64,000 nt of DNA from Octopus sinensis (lineage: Eukaryota). Below are positions 24,451 to 36,410 of this stretch, piece by piece (position 1 is the stretch's first letter; every line of letters begins with the position of its first letter). A model generated the notes under the pieces. That model worked only from the letters and a program-made list of their open reading frames with translations, did no database searches and was not told the origin of the DNA. Both the position numbers and the translations under genes were made by a program. The DNA lies in the NCBI RefSeq assembly GCF_006345805.1, contig NC_043025.1:310001-374000 (forward strand), written 5' to 3'.

Positions 24451-25271
24451 AGATGGTTAAAAGAAACAAATATGCCAAACATTCTGGAAAATAAAAGATT
24501 TGGAGCTCTCACTTTGTATTCCCGTCTTTCTTATATATTTTTGAGTATCAGTCCTTTTGTACCATTTCAGATGTCTTCACTGCAATAATGTGTAGATGTC
24601 CAGTTGTATGTAGTGAATGGGGTTTTGTGCAAGTGTACATTGTTTTAGGACACCTGATATCACTTTTTGTTTCATCTTTGGAGAACTGATCATTGCTCAC
24701 CTGTATTTAGGAGTCTTAAAATATTCCCTGCACCAGATAATGACCAGGTGAACTGGGATGTGGGATGATAAAATTCAAGATTTCCAACAGCAAAGAGAAC
24801 AGGTATTACGTTTATTTTACTTGAAGTGGTGTGTCATGCAATTCTGACGAGATCTTTGGAGACCACATTGGATGATATTGGACTTTAGCAGAAGATGAGG
24901 AGAATGGTGGTTAGTGAAGTGTAGAGTTCAGAGGACAGTCACATGTCATAGATTTGGTACAGATATATGAAAGGAGAGAGAGAACTATGAAATGATAATT
25001 GAATGAAATAATTGCAACATTGTTAGATTATGTAGGATGTCTCTGTTAAAGAGAAACAAGGTTTCGGAAAGTTAGTCTATTTTGTTGCGGGCCTAAATAT
25101 TGAGCTATTACCTGGTCCCACAATGGAAAGTATAAAAATACTGAGCAAAACCCTAGTGGTTACCAGCCAACCACTGATGATAACAATGTCCCACAACAAT
25201 AAACTACAGAATATTTATAGAGATAAATAAGTTTTACAATAAATTATAAAAGCTGGAAATATTTATTTCAG

Positions 25272-25343
25272 AGAGTCCAGTTCTGAAGGAGAAAGATCTT
25301 CTGAGAGTGGCTAAGAGGTTAGGACGTGATTGGTGGCAAATAG
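25272..25343 (+). CDS. 72-nt phase-1 exon encoding the death-domain N-terminal helices (ESPVLKEKDLLRVAKRLGRDWWQI), array unit 4
   Basis: ggaaatatttatttcag| and |gtgagt; L..VA..LG.DW..I is the death-domain helix 1-2 signature. Confidence 0.85.
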
Positions 25344-26199
25344 GTGAGTATATTTGATTTCTATATATTTTACTTTCACCTGATCTATTTTATTTGTCAG
25401 AATGAATGAGAACAAGTTACATTCCTCATTTCCAATTGATAGGTTATCTGTATGACAATTTTATTTACGATATTCCTGATATTTCATAAAATATCCACTG
25501 AGGTTAGCATGGTTGGTAATAATGGATAAACTAGAAAACACAAATGGCGTTTAATATTATCTTTTGGAAGAGGGAACTAAAATATATTGTTTAAGGGTAA
25601 ACAGGTGAGTGAATTTGTTTTACATTTTCTTTAGGTTCACTGTTAGGTTATTGTAATGAAGGACAAGTACCAAAGTTCACATCTAAAACAAAGCATCTTT
25701 ATTCAAACAGAAAACTTTGAGTTTGGTTCTTCTTGCAGTCATTATTTATTGGGTTATTGTGTTGGAAGCTGATAATTCCAATTTATTTTGCCATTTTGCA
25801 ATAACTTTACCACATGACATATGTCTGTAAATGCTTCAATAAAAAGAGATTTAATAAAGGTGACACAGCGAAATCCTATCATTCTCCTCAGGCGAAAACA
25901 GAGAATTCCTTTAAGGGAATTTACCAGAAAATGAACATTCACAAGTCAAGCCGAACTGCAGGGGGCATCTCTCATTCAGACTGACATAATAATAACTGAA
26001 TAGGCTCTGTAGAATTGATCGAACCTGGAGTTCATTGGAGAAGTTTGAAATGGGATTGAGTTTGACTTAGAATTATCGACTGTTGGACAATCACTGATCA
26101 TTCGATTTCCAGTGTCCTCTTGGGAACTTTGCAAGGTAGTAGATGACACAGAGGGACAGTACTTTCATGACCCTTTGAATACCAGTTCTGAAATCTAAC

Positions 26200-26530
26200 A
26201 GAATATGACAGATGTATGGGGTTCTTCTAAAGGGTCTTTGGAGTAATGTTACTCAATAGGATTTACAGTTCAGAGATCTGGGAGTCTCTCCAGGTTGAGC
26301 CACGTCTCCTCCACATCTGTGGTACCTCGGACATGTGATCAGGGTGTTGCAGCAATGAATTACAGGACAGGTTCTCAAAGTCAAACCAATGGAACAGGAT
26401 ACCGAGGGGGAGGCCAAGAAAGAAATGGTTGGATGATATCCATAGTCTTAGTTCTTCACATCATAGAATACAAGCAGAATGTCTAATGATGGATGCTTCT
26501 GACAGGACCCTATGGAGGAGGTGCCTGAGG
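26200..26530 (+). mobile_element. Decayed RTE-like LINE C-terminal fragment
   Basis: GRPRKKWLDDI near 26405-26445. Confidence 0.45.
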
Positions 26531-26914
26531 ACTCTTTCCCCACAGCCCTTTCAAGAATATTGAGCAGAGGAAATGGATGGATCATATGCTTTCACTGTTG
26601 GAGGTCAATGTTAATTCTTGAGGTTCTGATATACTTTTGCCTTCACAAAAGTTTTCCTGCCCTCGTTTACCATATATTTTCTCCCGTATAATTTTCAATT
26701 AATTTTCTTTAAAAATCTCGTTTAATTCAAACTCTTTGTTATTTTTGTCAATAGAAAACAATGTCTTATATTTTTCATGTTTCTTAGCTATTTCTTTTTT
26801 TACTTCTCTATTGATAAAGTTTGTTTGTTATATTCATAACAACCTACAGTACACAGCGTTTTATGTTATTGTCAGTGTTGTTGCATTTATTTCTTATTGT
26901 TGTGTCTTTTGCAG

Positions 26915-27114
26915 TTATTGTTTTAGAAGTTGATACAACTAAACTGAAAATTGATGATGAGTCTAATGTCACTGTAAAACAAGGCTACCAGATTCTTTAC
27001 GAATGGTTCAAAAATTGCGACCCAGAAACACGGACACACGCAACATTACGTGCAGCTCTTGAAGAAGCTGAATGTTTCGCTGCGATGGAATGTCTGTCAT
27101 TAGACGCAAAGTGA
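26915..27114 (+). CDS. Terminal coding exon; rest of the death domain (VIVLEVDTTKLKIDDESNVTVKQGYQILYEWFKNCDPETRTHATLRAALEEAECFAAMECLSLDAK-stop)
   Basis: Acceptor gtgtcttttgcag|, phase 1; ILYEW...T...L..AL pattern of death-domain helices 4-6; TGA at 27112-27114; the six canonical exons sum to 879 nt = 293 codons. Confidence 0.85.
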
Positions 27115-27356
27115 ATTTCTGTGTAACTGTTGTTGTTTAGCCTCAGATTAACCTTGACCAAACAGAGACTTATGATCAAACGCATTCCAGTCAGGACCAT
27201 CATGCCTATTTCCAAAGAGAACCCACAACCACATTGTCCAATATGCCCTTCTGTACAGTGATATCGTGTGAATTTAGCTGCTAATTCTAGCAGGTATATC
27301 AGCCACATAGTGATCCCTTCACTGGTTTGGCTCCTTTGTTAAAAATTCACATTTAA

Positions 27357-27362
27357 AATAAA
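27357..27362 (+). terminator. Candidate polyadenylation signal of the ANK-RING-DD gene
   Basis: AATAAA about 240 nt after the stop codon, followed by a GT/T-rich tract. Confidence 0.4.
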
Positions 27363-28900
27363 GACAAACTTTGAAATGTTCATTTATTGTTGTTGCTGTT
27401 GTTGTATATCTAACCCCCCCTAAGCAACCCCATTGTTAAATAGACAGCTTTAATATCTTCTGCTATATTGATAGCTATCTACCTTCATGTTTATCTGAGA
27501 GTAGAATGCCTGGTATATATATATATTGATGCCTTTTCCCTTTATATATCCTATAGAGATAGTATTTCTATATAATACATGATGTATCTAAGGATATATC
27601 TCACTTTGTCCTGTTGTGGTTTAAGACAGGCCTCTCCAAAGTGGTGGTGGTTGAATAAAAATTCAGGGGGATTTGAGTGCAATATACAATATTCTAATTT
27701 TATATTCTTACTTTATGACCTTCGTTATTTACTAATTACTGAAATTTTCGTCAGAAAAATAAAACTTCACTATTATACATATGAAAATAAATCAAAAAAA
27801 TTATAATTAAACAATAGCTGTGCTGAAAAAGTCTGAGATAATAAAATAATGACACAACATTTGTTGTTTTAATTGCATGTGTCTCCCTCTTTTTAAATAA
27901 CTTCAGATAAAGGAAGAGTACAATTCTTCCTTACAATATTTACCTTCATATTACTCCACTGTTATTTTAATTTGAAATTAGATTTCAAGTTCTTACAGCA
28001 GAGACCAAGATTAAATAAGTAACACACATGAGACCTTTATGTACATTATAAGATGTGACAGGAAGCTCTACCGAGCAGACTTTTGTGGAATTGGAAAGGA
28101 AGATTCATAAGTATTCTCCACTTTTTATTGGATTCTTTTGTGATAGAAGTGAACAAACCTGATTGTTTTCAAATTAAATAATCAAGATATTTAAATTAGA
28201 TAAAAAGAAACTTTATTCAGAAATTGATAATTACTATTAAAGCAAAACGAAATTTTACCGTTGAGTGTGTTAAATAATAAGGCACTAAAAGAGAATGACT
28301 CTCCCCAGACACAACAAAATTATTTTGTATCAAACTTTGTACAAAATTATTCTAAATAAATTGATAACATAAGTTTCTGATTTTTTGCTTGGATAACTGG
28401 GGGAGAAATTCTATTCACACATTATATGCCATGTAAATACACACAAAATAATAAAGCTGTTCAAAGCTATAGGTTACTGTTTATATAGACCAGCTGGAGC
28501 AAATTTAGTTTAACATTTAATGCGTAACAATAAACTCATTTAAAAGTGTTACTTTTCTATAAATTGAGAAAACGTAAGACTTTTAGTGACTTTATAAAAC
28601 TAAAAAGAGTAACTTCAAACTTTGATGACCCCAGACAAATTCCTTTACTGACTGAGATCTTCATCTTGTTCTGGTCAATGACTGTCAAAGTAATTTTCAT
28701 ATTTTAAAAGCATCAAAAGGAAAATATGTTGCCCAGAGAAGAGAGGTTGAATTCGTCAAATTATAAAAACTCAGAGTATAATGATGGACTGGACATTTTC
28801 TTTAGATTAATGATCAGAGGATCCCTAAACAGATGCTATATACTAAACTTCTTTATGGAAAGAGCCCCCAGCAGAAACGAAGACTACGATTTAAGGAATG

Positions 28901-28957
<57 letters not shown>

Positions 28958-29378
28958 TATATACACATTATATATATATATAACTGAGCGGATACTGCAA
29001 GGCAGTAACCCAGCATGGCTGCAATTTAATGACTGAAAAAATTAAAAAAAGAAGAAGCAATATACGAAAATTGTCATCGATGTCAACAAGTTCTCCGTCC
29101 CTCTTTTACAAATTCAGCGAAACAGTAATGAAAGCACACACACACACACAGACACACACACACATATTGGCTGACCCACACACTCATACAATTTCTTCAG
29201 AATGTCACGGTTTTAAGGTCAACATTTTTAAAGTATAAATAGCTACGAGTGTGCGTCTTTGCATGTATCTATATGTGTGGGTGTTTGTGCGTGTGTGAGC
29301 ACAGTCCATTTGACCCAGCCACGAAATTTTTTTCTCCCACGAGTGTTCCGGATCCCTTCAACTTCTCAGGTTGACAAA

Positions 29379-29580
29379 CAGGAGTGTCTGTATGGGAAGT
29401 AGCTCGCTTACCAACCACATGGTTCCGGGTTCAATCCCACTACGTGGCACCATGGGCAGATGTCTTCTACCATAGCCTACGGACCGACCAAAGCTTTGTC
29501 AGTGTATTTTGTACACGGAAACAGAAGGAAGCCCGTCGTATATATGAATATATATATATATATATAATATATATATATAA

Positions 29581-29638
<58 letters not shown>

Positions 29639-29890
29639 TGTGTGTGTTGTGTGTGTGTGTGTGTTGTGTGTGTGTGTATTTTTCTGTGTCTGTGTTTGTC
29701 CGCCCAACATAGTTTCACAACCGATGCTGGTGTGTTTACGTCCCCGTAAATTAGCGGTTCAGCAAAGGAGACCGATAGAATAAATACTAGGTTTACAAAG
29801 AATAGGTCCTGGGGGCGATTTACTCGACAAAAGTCGGTGCTCCAGCATGGCCACAGTCAAATGACTGAAACATTGTAAAAGAGTAAAAGA
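29379..29890 (+). mobile_element. tRNA-derived OR2/CORE-type SINE with internal (TA)n/(GT)n and a LINE-like 3' hairpin
   Basis: Head ggttccgggttcaatcccac B box, gcaccatgggcag CORE-like segment, tail cggtgctccagcatggccacagtcaaatgactgaaac. Confidence 0.85.
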
Positions 29891-29911
29891 GTATATAATA
29901 TATATAGATAC

Positions 29912-30210
29912 ATAATTTACAAGATAAGGGCAAAAGAAAAATTCTAATGCCTAATATGCCGAAAAAAAGACAAAATTTTCAATAACCATTATAATTTATG
30001 CGTCTCGAAACAAACCGATAGAAATCTCTAAAAATTCGTTATTACCGTATTGGTCCAATTTCGGGGTTAATACAGTAATAACGAATTTTTTAGAGATTTC
30101 TATCGGTTTGTTTCGAGACGCATAAATTATAATGGTGATTGAAAAGTTTTGTCTTTTTTTCGGTATATTTGGCATTAGAAGTTTTCTTTAGCCCTTATCT
30201 TGTAAATTAT
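29912..30210. repeat. About 300-bp fold-back palindrome (about 140-bp arms, 17-nt loop)
   Basis: Arms are near-perfect reverse complements with few mismatches; loop ggtccaatttcggggtt. Confidence 0.93.
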
Positions 30211-30343
30211 TTATAAATTTAACCTTTAAAGGTATTTGTTGATATGCTGGCCATTGATACAATTTTCTTCCCGAAAAGATTTTATCCTACATTAGTTATA
30301 TAGATCATTATATATATATACATGCAACCATATATATATATAT

Positions 30344-31500
30344 GAGAATGGCTTCATGACTTTCTGAAGAATAGAAGTCAGGTGGTAGCAGCCAATGGGG
30401 CCACTTCCATTAGCACGCAAATAGTGAGCGGTGTTCCGCAAGGCACTGTTTTGGGACCACTACTGTTCATAATGGCCCTCTCAGACATGCCCTCAGCCAC
30501 GCAGAGAGCCACGATCACAAGTTATGCAGATGATACAAAAGTTTCACAGGCAATACAGAACCCTGAAGACACTAAACACCTGCAATGTGAGCTGGACGAA
30601 ATATATAAGTGGGCTGAAAAGAATAGCATGCAGTTCAATGCTGAAAAGTTTCAAGCTTTATACTATCAGCATGCAAAACTGAATGCAATACCCAATGAAT
30701 ACACTGGACACGGAGGGATTGCAATCCCAGAGGCACAATCAGTGCGTGACCTGGGTATTCACATGAGTGATGACGCGACCTTTCATGTACATGTTGCTAA
30801 ACTGACAATGAAACGTAGACGGCTGGCTGGATGGATTCTTAGAACCTTTAGAACAAGAGAACAAGAAACCATGATGGTCCTCTGGAAGACACTTGTCCTA
30901 AGCCACTTTGACTATTGCTCTCAGCTATGGTCACCATCCAGTGTCAAGTTGATCACAGAACTTGAGGCGATCCAACGAAGCTACACGAAGAAGATAGCCT
31001 CTGTGCAGCATATGAGCTACTGGGAGAGACTCAAGAGATTAAGACTCTATTCCCTGGAGCGTAGGCGAGAAGGATATGCCATAATATATATCTGGAAGAT
31101 CCTGGAAGGTCTTGTCCCAGACTTTGGCATCGAGAGTCACACAAATGCCAGAACCGAACGCCACTGCGTAGTACCAAGGACTCCAAATTTGCCATCAAGA
31201 TGTAGGACAAGATATTGTGATAGCCTGGGCTTCAGAGGCCCACGGCTCTTCAATATCCTCCCGAAGAACCTGAGGGACCTGCATGGCGTAGATGCGGATG
31301 TCTTTAAAGTAGGACTGGATCTCTTCCTGTCAGGTGTCCTGGATGAACCAACTTCACGGCAGGAGGTGCAGATGAGGGCAGCTGCATCGAACTCTCTCAT
31401 GCATCAGATGGCGTTTGCTAAAAAGCATCCGTGAGGTAAAACCGTGTAGCAAACCAAATGGCGGTGCCCCAGCATGGCCACAGCTCATTAGCTGAAACTG
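30344..31500 (+). mobile_element. 5'-truncated CR1/L2-like LINE (RT C-half, open 350-aa ORF, hairpin tail)
   Basis: ORF 30382-31434 with SGVPQGTVLGPLLF and YADD; tail ggcggtgccccagcatggccacagctcattagctgaaac. Confidence 0.93.
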
Positions 31501-31525
31501 GAAAAATCAATCAAAATCAAAATCA

Positions 31526-31560
<35 letters not shown>

Positions 31561-31979
31561 TATTATGGCTGCCCCCTCGTTATCGAGTATGGACATTGCA
31601 CGAAGCTTAACTGTTAATGGCGCTGTGATCGAATGTGACTTTTTAGCCCAGCTAAAGATCTACAATGTCTTGTACAGAATTGGCAACTAAAACCTTAACT
31701 GGTAATAGCCGGGTGTAGTTATAACTGGGCTTCATGTACCTTTGCGTGTCGTTTAAGTCCTCCTGCCGAATTACACTCTCTTCCACATGCCCGACAGATA
31801 TGATTAGTATGGTGTGTTACACCACCTCCAGTGGCCAGGTTGTCACTCATGTCTCGTTTTATGACTAGCGGGTCTGGATTTGTATCAGGTTTTTGTCAGT
31901 CTGACAAAAGCTTTTGATATCGTCAACAGAAAAGCATTGTGCAAAGTCCCCCTGAAACTTGGGTGTTCTGAAAAATACA
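31561..31979 (-). mobile_element. RTE LINE 3' end (31561-31868, minus) joined to an inverted RT fragment (31873-31979, plus)
   Basis: Reverse complement of the 39085-39380 segment; the + strand piece encodes LYQVFVSLTKAFDIVNRKALCKVPLKLGC. Confidence 0.8.
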
Positions 31980-31994
31980 GATACATATGTATAT

Positions 31995-32028
<34 letters not shown>

Positions 32029-32033
<5 letters not shown>

Positions 32034-33704
32034 TGAAATGAAAACAAACTCAGCTACTGGCCCCGATGGATTCCCGGGAATCCTTCTAAAAGTATGTAAG
32101 AGAGTCCTCGCAAGACCACTGCAGTTCCTCTTTCAGAGCTTCCTTGCAACTGGCAAACTTCCAAGAAAACTGAAGGAAGGTAAAATACGCCCTATTCATA
32201 AAGGAGGTAGCAGAGCGGAGGCCAAGAACTACAGACCTATCTCTCTGACCTCACACATCAGCAAGGTCATGGAACGAATAGTCAGAAGGAAACTAATAAC
32301 CTTCCTTGAAGAAAATGACTTGCTGCCTGACATCCAACATGGTTTCCGACCAGGGAGAAGCTGTTTAACTCAGCTCCTACAACACTATGACTGGGTGCTG
32401 AAACGACTGCTCAACCACTCAAATGTGGAAGTCATATATCTCGACTTTGCAAAGGCCTTTGTTAAAGTCGATCATGGAATGATATGTCACAAACTGCGTG
32501 ATCTTGGCATAGTCGGAAAATTGGGAGAATGGCTTCATGACTTTCTGAAGGATAGAAGCCAGGTGGTAGTAGCCAATGGGGCCGCTTCCATTAACACGCA
32601 AATAGTGAATGGTGTTCTGCAAGGCACTGTTTTGGGACCACTACTGTTCATAATGGCCCTCTCAGACATGCCCTCAGCCACGCAGAGAGCCACGACCACA
32701 AGTTTTGCAGGGGATACAAAAGTTTCACAGGCAAAACAGAACCCTGAGGACACTAAACGCCTGCAATGTGAGCTGGACAAAATATACAAGTGGGCTGAAA
32801 AGAATAGCATGCAGTTCAATGCTGAAAAGTTTTAAGCTTTATGCTATCAGCATGCAAAACTGAATGCAATACCCAATGAATACACTGGACCTGGAGGGGT
32901 TGCAATCCCAGAGGCACAATCAGTGCGAGACCTGGGTATTTACATGAGTGATGACGCAACCTTTCATGTGCATATTGCTAAATGGCAATGAAATGTAGGC
33001 GGCTGACCGGATGGATTCTTAGAACCTTTAGAACAAGAGATCAGGAAACCATGATGGTCCTCTGTAAGATACTTGTCCTAAGCTACCTTGACTATTGCTC
33101 TCAGCTATGGTCACCATCCAGCGTTAAGTTAATCACAGAACTGGAGACGATCCAACGAAGCTACACGAAGAAGATAGCCTCTGTGCAGCATATAAGCTAC
33201 TGGGAAAGACTCAAGAGATTAAGACTCTATTCCTTAGAGCGTAGGCGAGAAAGATATGCCATAGTATATATCTGGAAGATCCTAGAAGGACTTGTCCCAA
33301 ACTCTGGCATCGAGAGTTACACAAATACTAGAACTGGGCGCCACTGCGTAGTGCCAAGGACTCAAAATTTAGCATCAAGATGTAGGACAAGATACTGTGA
33401 TAGCCTGGGCTTCAGAGGCCCATAGTTCTTCAATATCCTCCCGAAGAACCTGAGAGACCTGCATGGGGTTAATGCAGATGTCTTTAAAATAAAACTGGAT
33501 CTCTTCCTGTCAGGTGTCCCGGATGAACCAACTTCACGACAGGAGGTGCAGATGAGGGCAACTGCATCGAACTCTCTCATGCACCAAATGGCAATTGCTA
33601 AAAAGCATTCGTGAAGTAAAATCAAGTAGCAACACCAAATAGCGGTGCCCCAGCATGGCCACAGCTCGTAAGCTGAAACTAGATAAAAAATAAATAAATA
33701 AATA

Positions 33705-33708
<4 letters not shown>
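32029..33708 (+). mobile_element. 5'-truncated CR1/L2-like LINE, inactivated (YADD changed to FAGD, stop, frameshift)
   Basis: ORFs 31987-32835 and 32982-33425; hairpin tail followed by (TAAA)n. Confidence 0.93.
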
Positions 33709-33734
<26 letters not shown>

Positions 33735-33744
<10 letters not shown>

Positions 33745-34048
33745 ATAGACGTAGGAGTGGCTGTGTGATAAGTAGCTTGACAACAAACCGCAGTGTTCTG
33801 AGTTCAGGTCCACTGCGTGGCGGCTTGGGCAAATGTCTTCTATTAGAACCTAGGGCCGACCACAGTCTTGTAGACGGAAACTGAAGGAAGCCCGTCGTAT
33901 ATATATATATGTACACAGACACACACACACACACATATATATATGTATGTATGTATATATATATATATGTATGTATATATATATATATACATACATATAT
34001 ATATACATATATATATACATATATATATATATACATATATATATATAC

Positions 34049-34123
<75 letters not shown>

Positions 34124-34186
34124 TGTATATAGGTTTATATATAAACTGAAAGAAGCCCGTCGTATATATATATGTATATATACATG

Positions 34187-34236
<50 letters not shown>

Positions 34237-34455
34237 TCAATATATATATTTATATATATACGTTTGTATGTCTGTTTATCCCTCCAGCATCGCTTGACAA
34301 CCGGTGCTAGTGTGGTCACGTCCGCGAGACTTAGCGGTTAGGCAAAAGAGACCAATAAATTAAGTACTAGGCCTACAAAGAATAAGTTCTGGGGTCGATT
34401 TGCTCGAATAAAGGCGATGCTCCACCATGGCCGCAATCAAATAACTGAAAAAAGT
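33735..34455 (+). mobile_element. OR2/CORE-type SINE with expanded internal (TA)n (duplicate at about 41520-42235)
   Basis: Head taggagtggctgtgtgataag; internal duplication of aactgaa(g/a)gaagcccgtcg; tail ctccaccatggccgcaatcaaataactg. Confidence 0.85.
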
Positions 34456-34863
34456 CAAATAGAGTAAGACAGTAAGTAACGACAAAATTGCATATTCTCT
34501 TAACTACATAATTAAGGGAGATAACTAAAAAATAACTTCAAGACTTACTTCCCTAGAATCATATAAAAATAGACGTGACTGTTGATCTCTCAGTGTGTGC
34601 CTTTTCCGCTTGCAAAGGGGACATAAGCATTCGCGCACGAAGAGACACGCATATACAACCTTTCTGATGGTACCTTTAACAAATAAGCATTGGCCAGCTT
34701 ATAATTTACATTTAATAACACCCCACAACTATATAAAGTACTAACAATATCTAGTACTACCCTTTGGACTTAATTAGGTTTTTATTTTGTTTTAGTTAGT
34801 ATATATGCGTATATACACGTATATATGTATGTATGTATGTTGGTATGTATGTATGTATACATG

Positions 34864-34900
<37 letters not shown>

Positions 34901-34902
<2 letters not shown>

Positions 34903-34965
34903 CTTTGATACTTTGATAGGTTTCGGCCATTATTGGCCCAGGCCATGTCTAACTTAATAGCACCA
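34901..34965 (-). mobile_element. Tail-only retrocopy of the 48759-51751 LINE family, private to duplication copy 1
   Basis: Reverse complement of ggtgctattaagttagacatggcctgggccaatactggc plus a short tandem tail; absent from the matching tract at 42640-42720. Confidence 0.85.
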
Positions 34966-35087
34966 TATATATATATATACAGATATATATATATATATAT
35001 ATACATACATAGTAAAAAGGCGATAAAATAAATTATTATTGCCGGTGATCTAGCACAAAAGACATTTTAGCCATTAGGCTATATGTT

Positions 35088-35166
<79 letters not shown>

Positions 35167-35184
35167 TTGCATATATATATATCT

Positions 35185-35441
35185 ATATATATTTTATACT
35201 CATTTACTCTTTTACATGTTTCAGTCATTTGTCTGGGCCCATGCTGGAGCACCGCCTTTTGTTGAGTAAATCCACCTCAGGACTTATTATTTGTAAGCCT
35301 TATACTTATTCTATCCGTCTCCTTTGCCGAACCGCTATGTTATGGGGACGTAAACACACCAGCATCGGTTGTGAAGTGATGTGTGGGGGACAAACACAAA
35401 CACAGAAGCATATACACACACATATACATATACATATATAT

Positions 35442-35503
<62 letters not shown>

Positions 35504-35514
35504 TATATAAATAT

Positions 35515-35547
<33 letters not shown>

Positions 35548-35553
35548 TAATAT

Positions 35554-35608
<55 letters not shown>

Positions 35609-35650
35609 ATATATATATATATATTAATATATAATATAATATATATATAT

Positions 35651-35683
<33 letters not shown>

Positions 35684-35830
35684 CGACGGGCTTCTTTCTG
35701 TTTCTGTGTACACACAAAGCTTTGGTCGGTCCGAGGCTATAGTAGAAGACAGTCGCCCATGGTGCCACGTAGTGGGATTGAACCCGGAACCATGTGGTTG
35801 GTAAACAAGCTACTTCCGATACAGTCACTC
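35185..35830 (-). mobile_element. OR2/CORE-type SINE (duplicate at about 42930-43615)
   Basis: Reverse-complement head and tail motifs as at 29379. Confidence 0.85.
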
Positions 35831-36127
35831 CTGTTTGTTAACCTGACAGCAAGTTCAAGGTGAGCTCTGATTGGTTGTATGCAAACGAGCTCATTAATAG
35901 TGTCCGGAGCTCTCGTGGGAGAAAAAAACTTTCGCGGCTGGGTCACATGAGAAGATGTGACCACCTCTTTGTGGACTGTGCTTACACACGCACAAACAGA
36001 CACACGTCCGCACACACACACACATTGATACATGCAAAGACGCACACTCGTAGGTATTTCTGCTTTAAGAATGTTGACCTTACAACCGTGACATTCTGAA
36101 GAAATTGTATGTGTGTGTTGGTCAGCC

Positions 36128-36128
36128 A

Positions 36129-36173
<45 letters not shown>

Positions 36174-36379
36174 TTTGTGGTGTGTGTGTGTGTGTGAGTT
36201 TGTGTGTGTGTGAGAGTGTGTGTGTGTGTGTGTGTGTGAGTGTGTGTGTGTGTGAGTGTGTGTGTGTGTGTGTGTGAGTGTGTGTGTGTGTGAGTTTGTG
36301 TGTGTGTGAGTGTGGTGTGTGTGTGTGTGAGTTTGTGTGTGTGTGAGTGTGTGTGTGTGTGTGTGTGTGGTTTGTGTGT

Positions 36380-36410
<31 letters not shown>

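Larger units (their letters stand above)
16680..25650 (+). repeat. Four-unit tandem intron/mini-exon duplication between the RING and death-domain exons
   Basis: 16680-17560 and 19140-20010 are highly similar with a more diverged copy near 21950-22560; 17570-18290 resembles 24895-25600; the post-exon intron is conserved in all four units. Confidence 0.85.

Noticed and set aside
4138-27114. Assigning the symbol MIB2/MIB1
   Set aside because: The N-terminal MIB_HERC2/ZZ domains are outside the window and the death domain is atypical, so orthology cannot be shown.
29379-29450. tRNA genes at SINE heads (also 7095, 33735, 37384, 47515, 59684)
   Set aside because: A/B-box-like motifs are present but there is no complete cloverleaf, and each continues into a SINE body.
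31460-31498. HDV-like ribozyme in the LINE/SINE tail motif
   Set aside because: It folds as two simple hairpins; the nested double-pseudoknot pairings could not be found.
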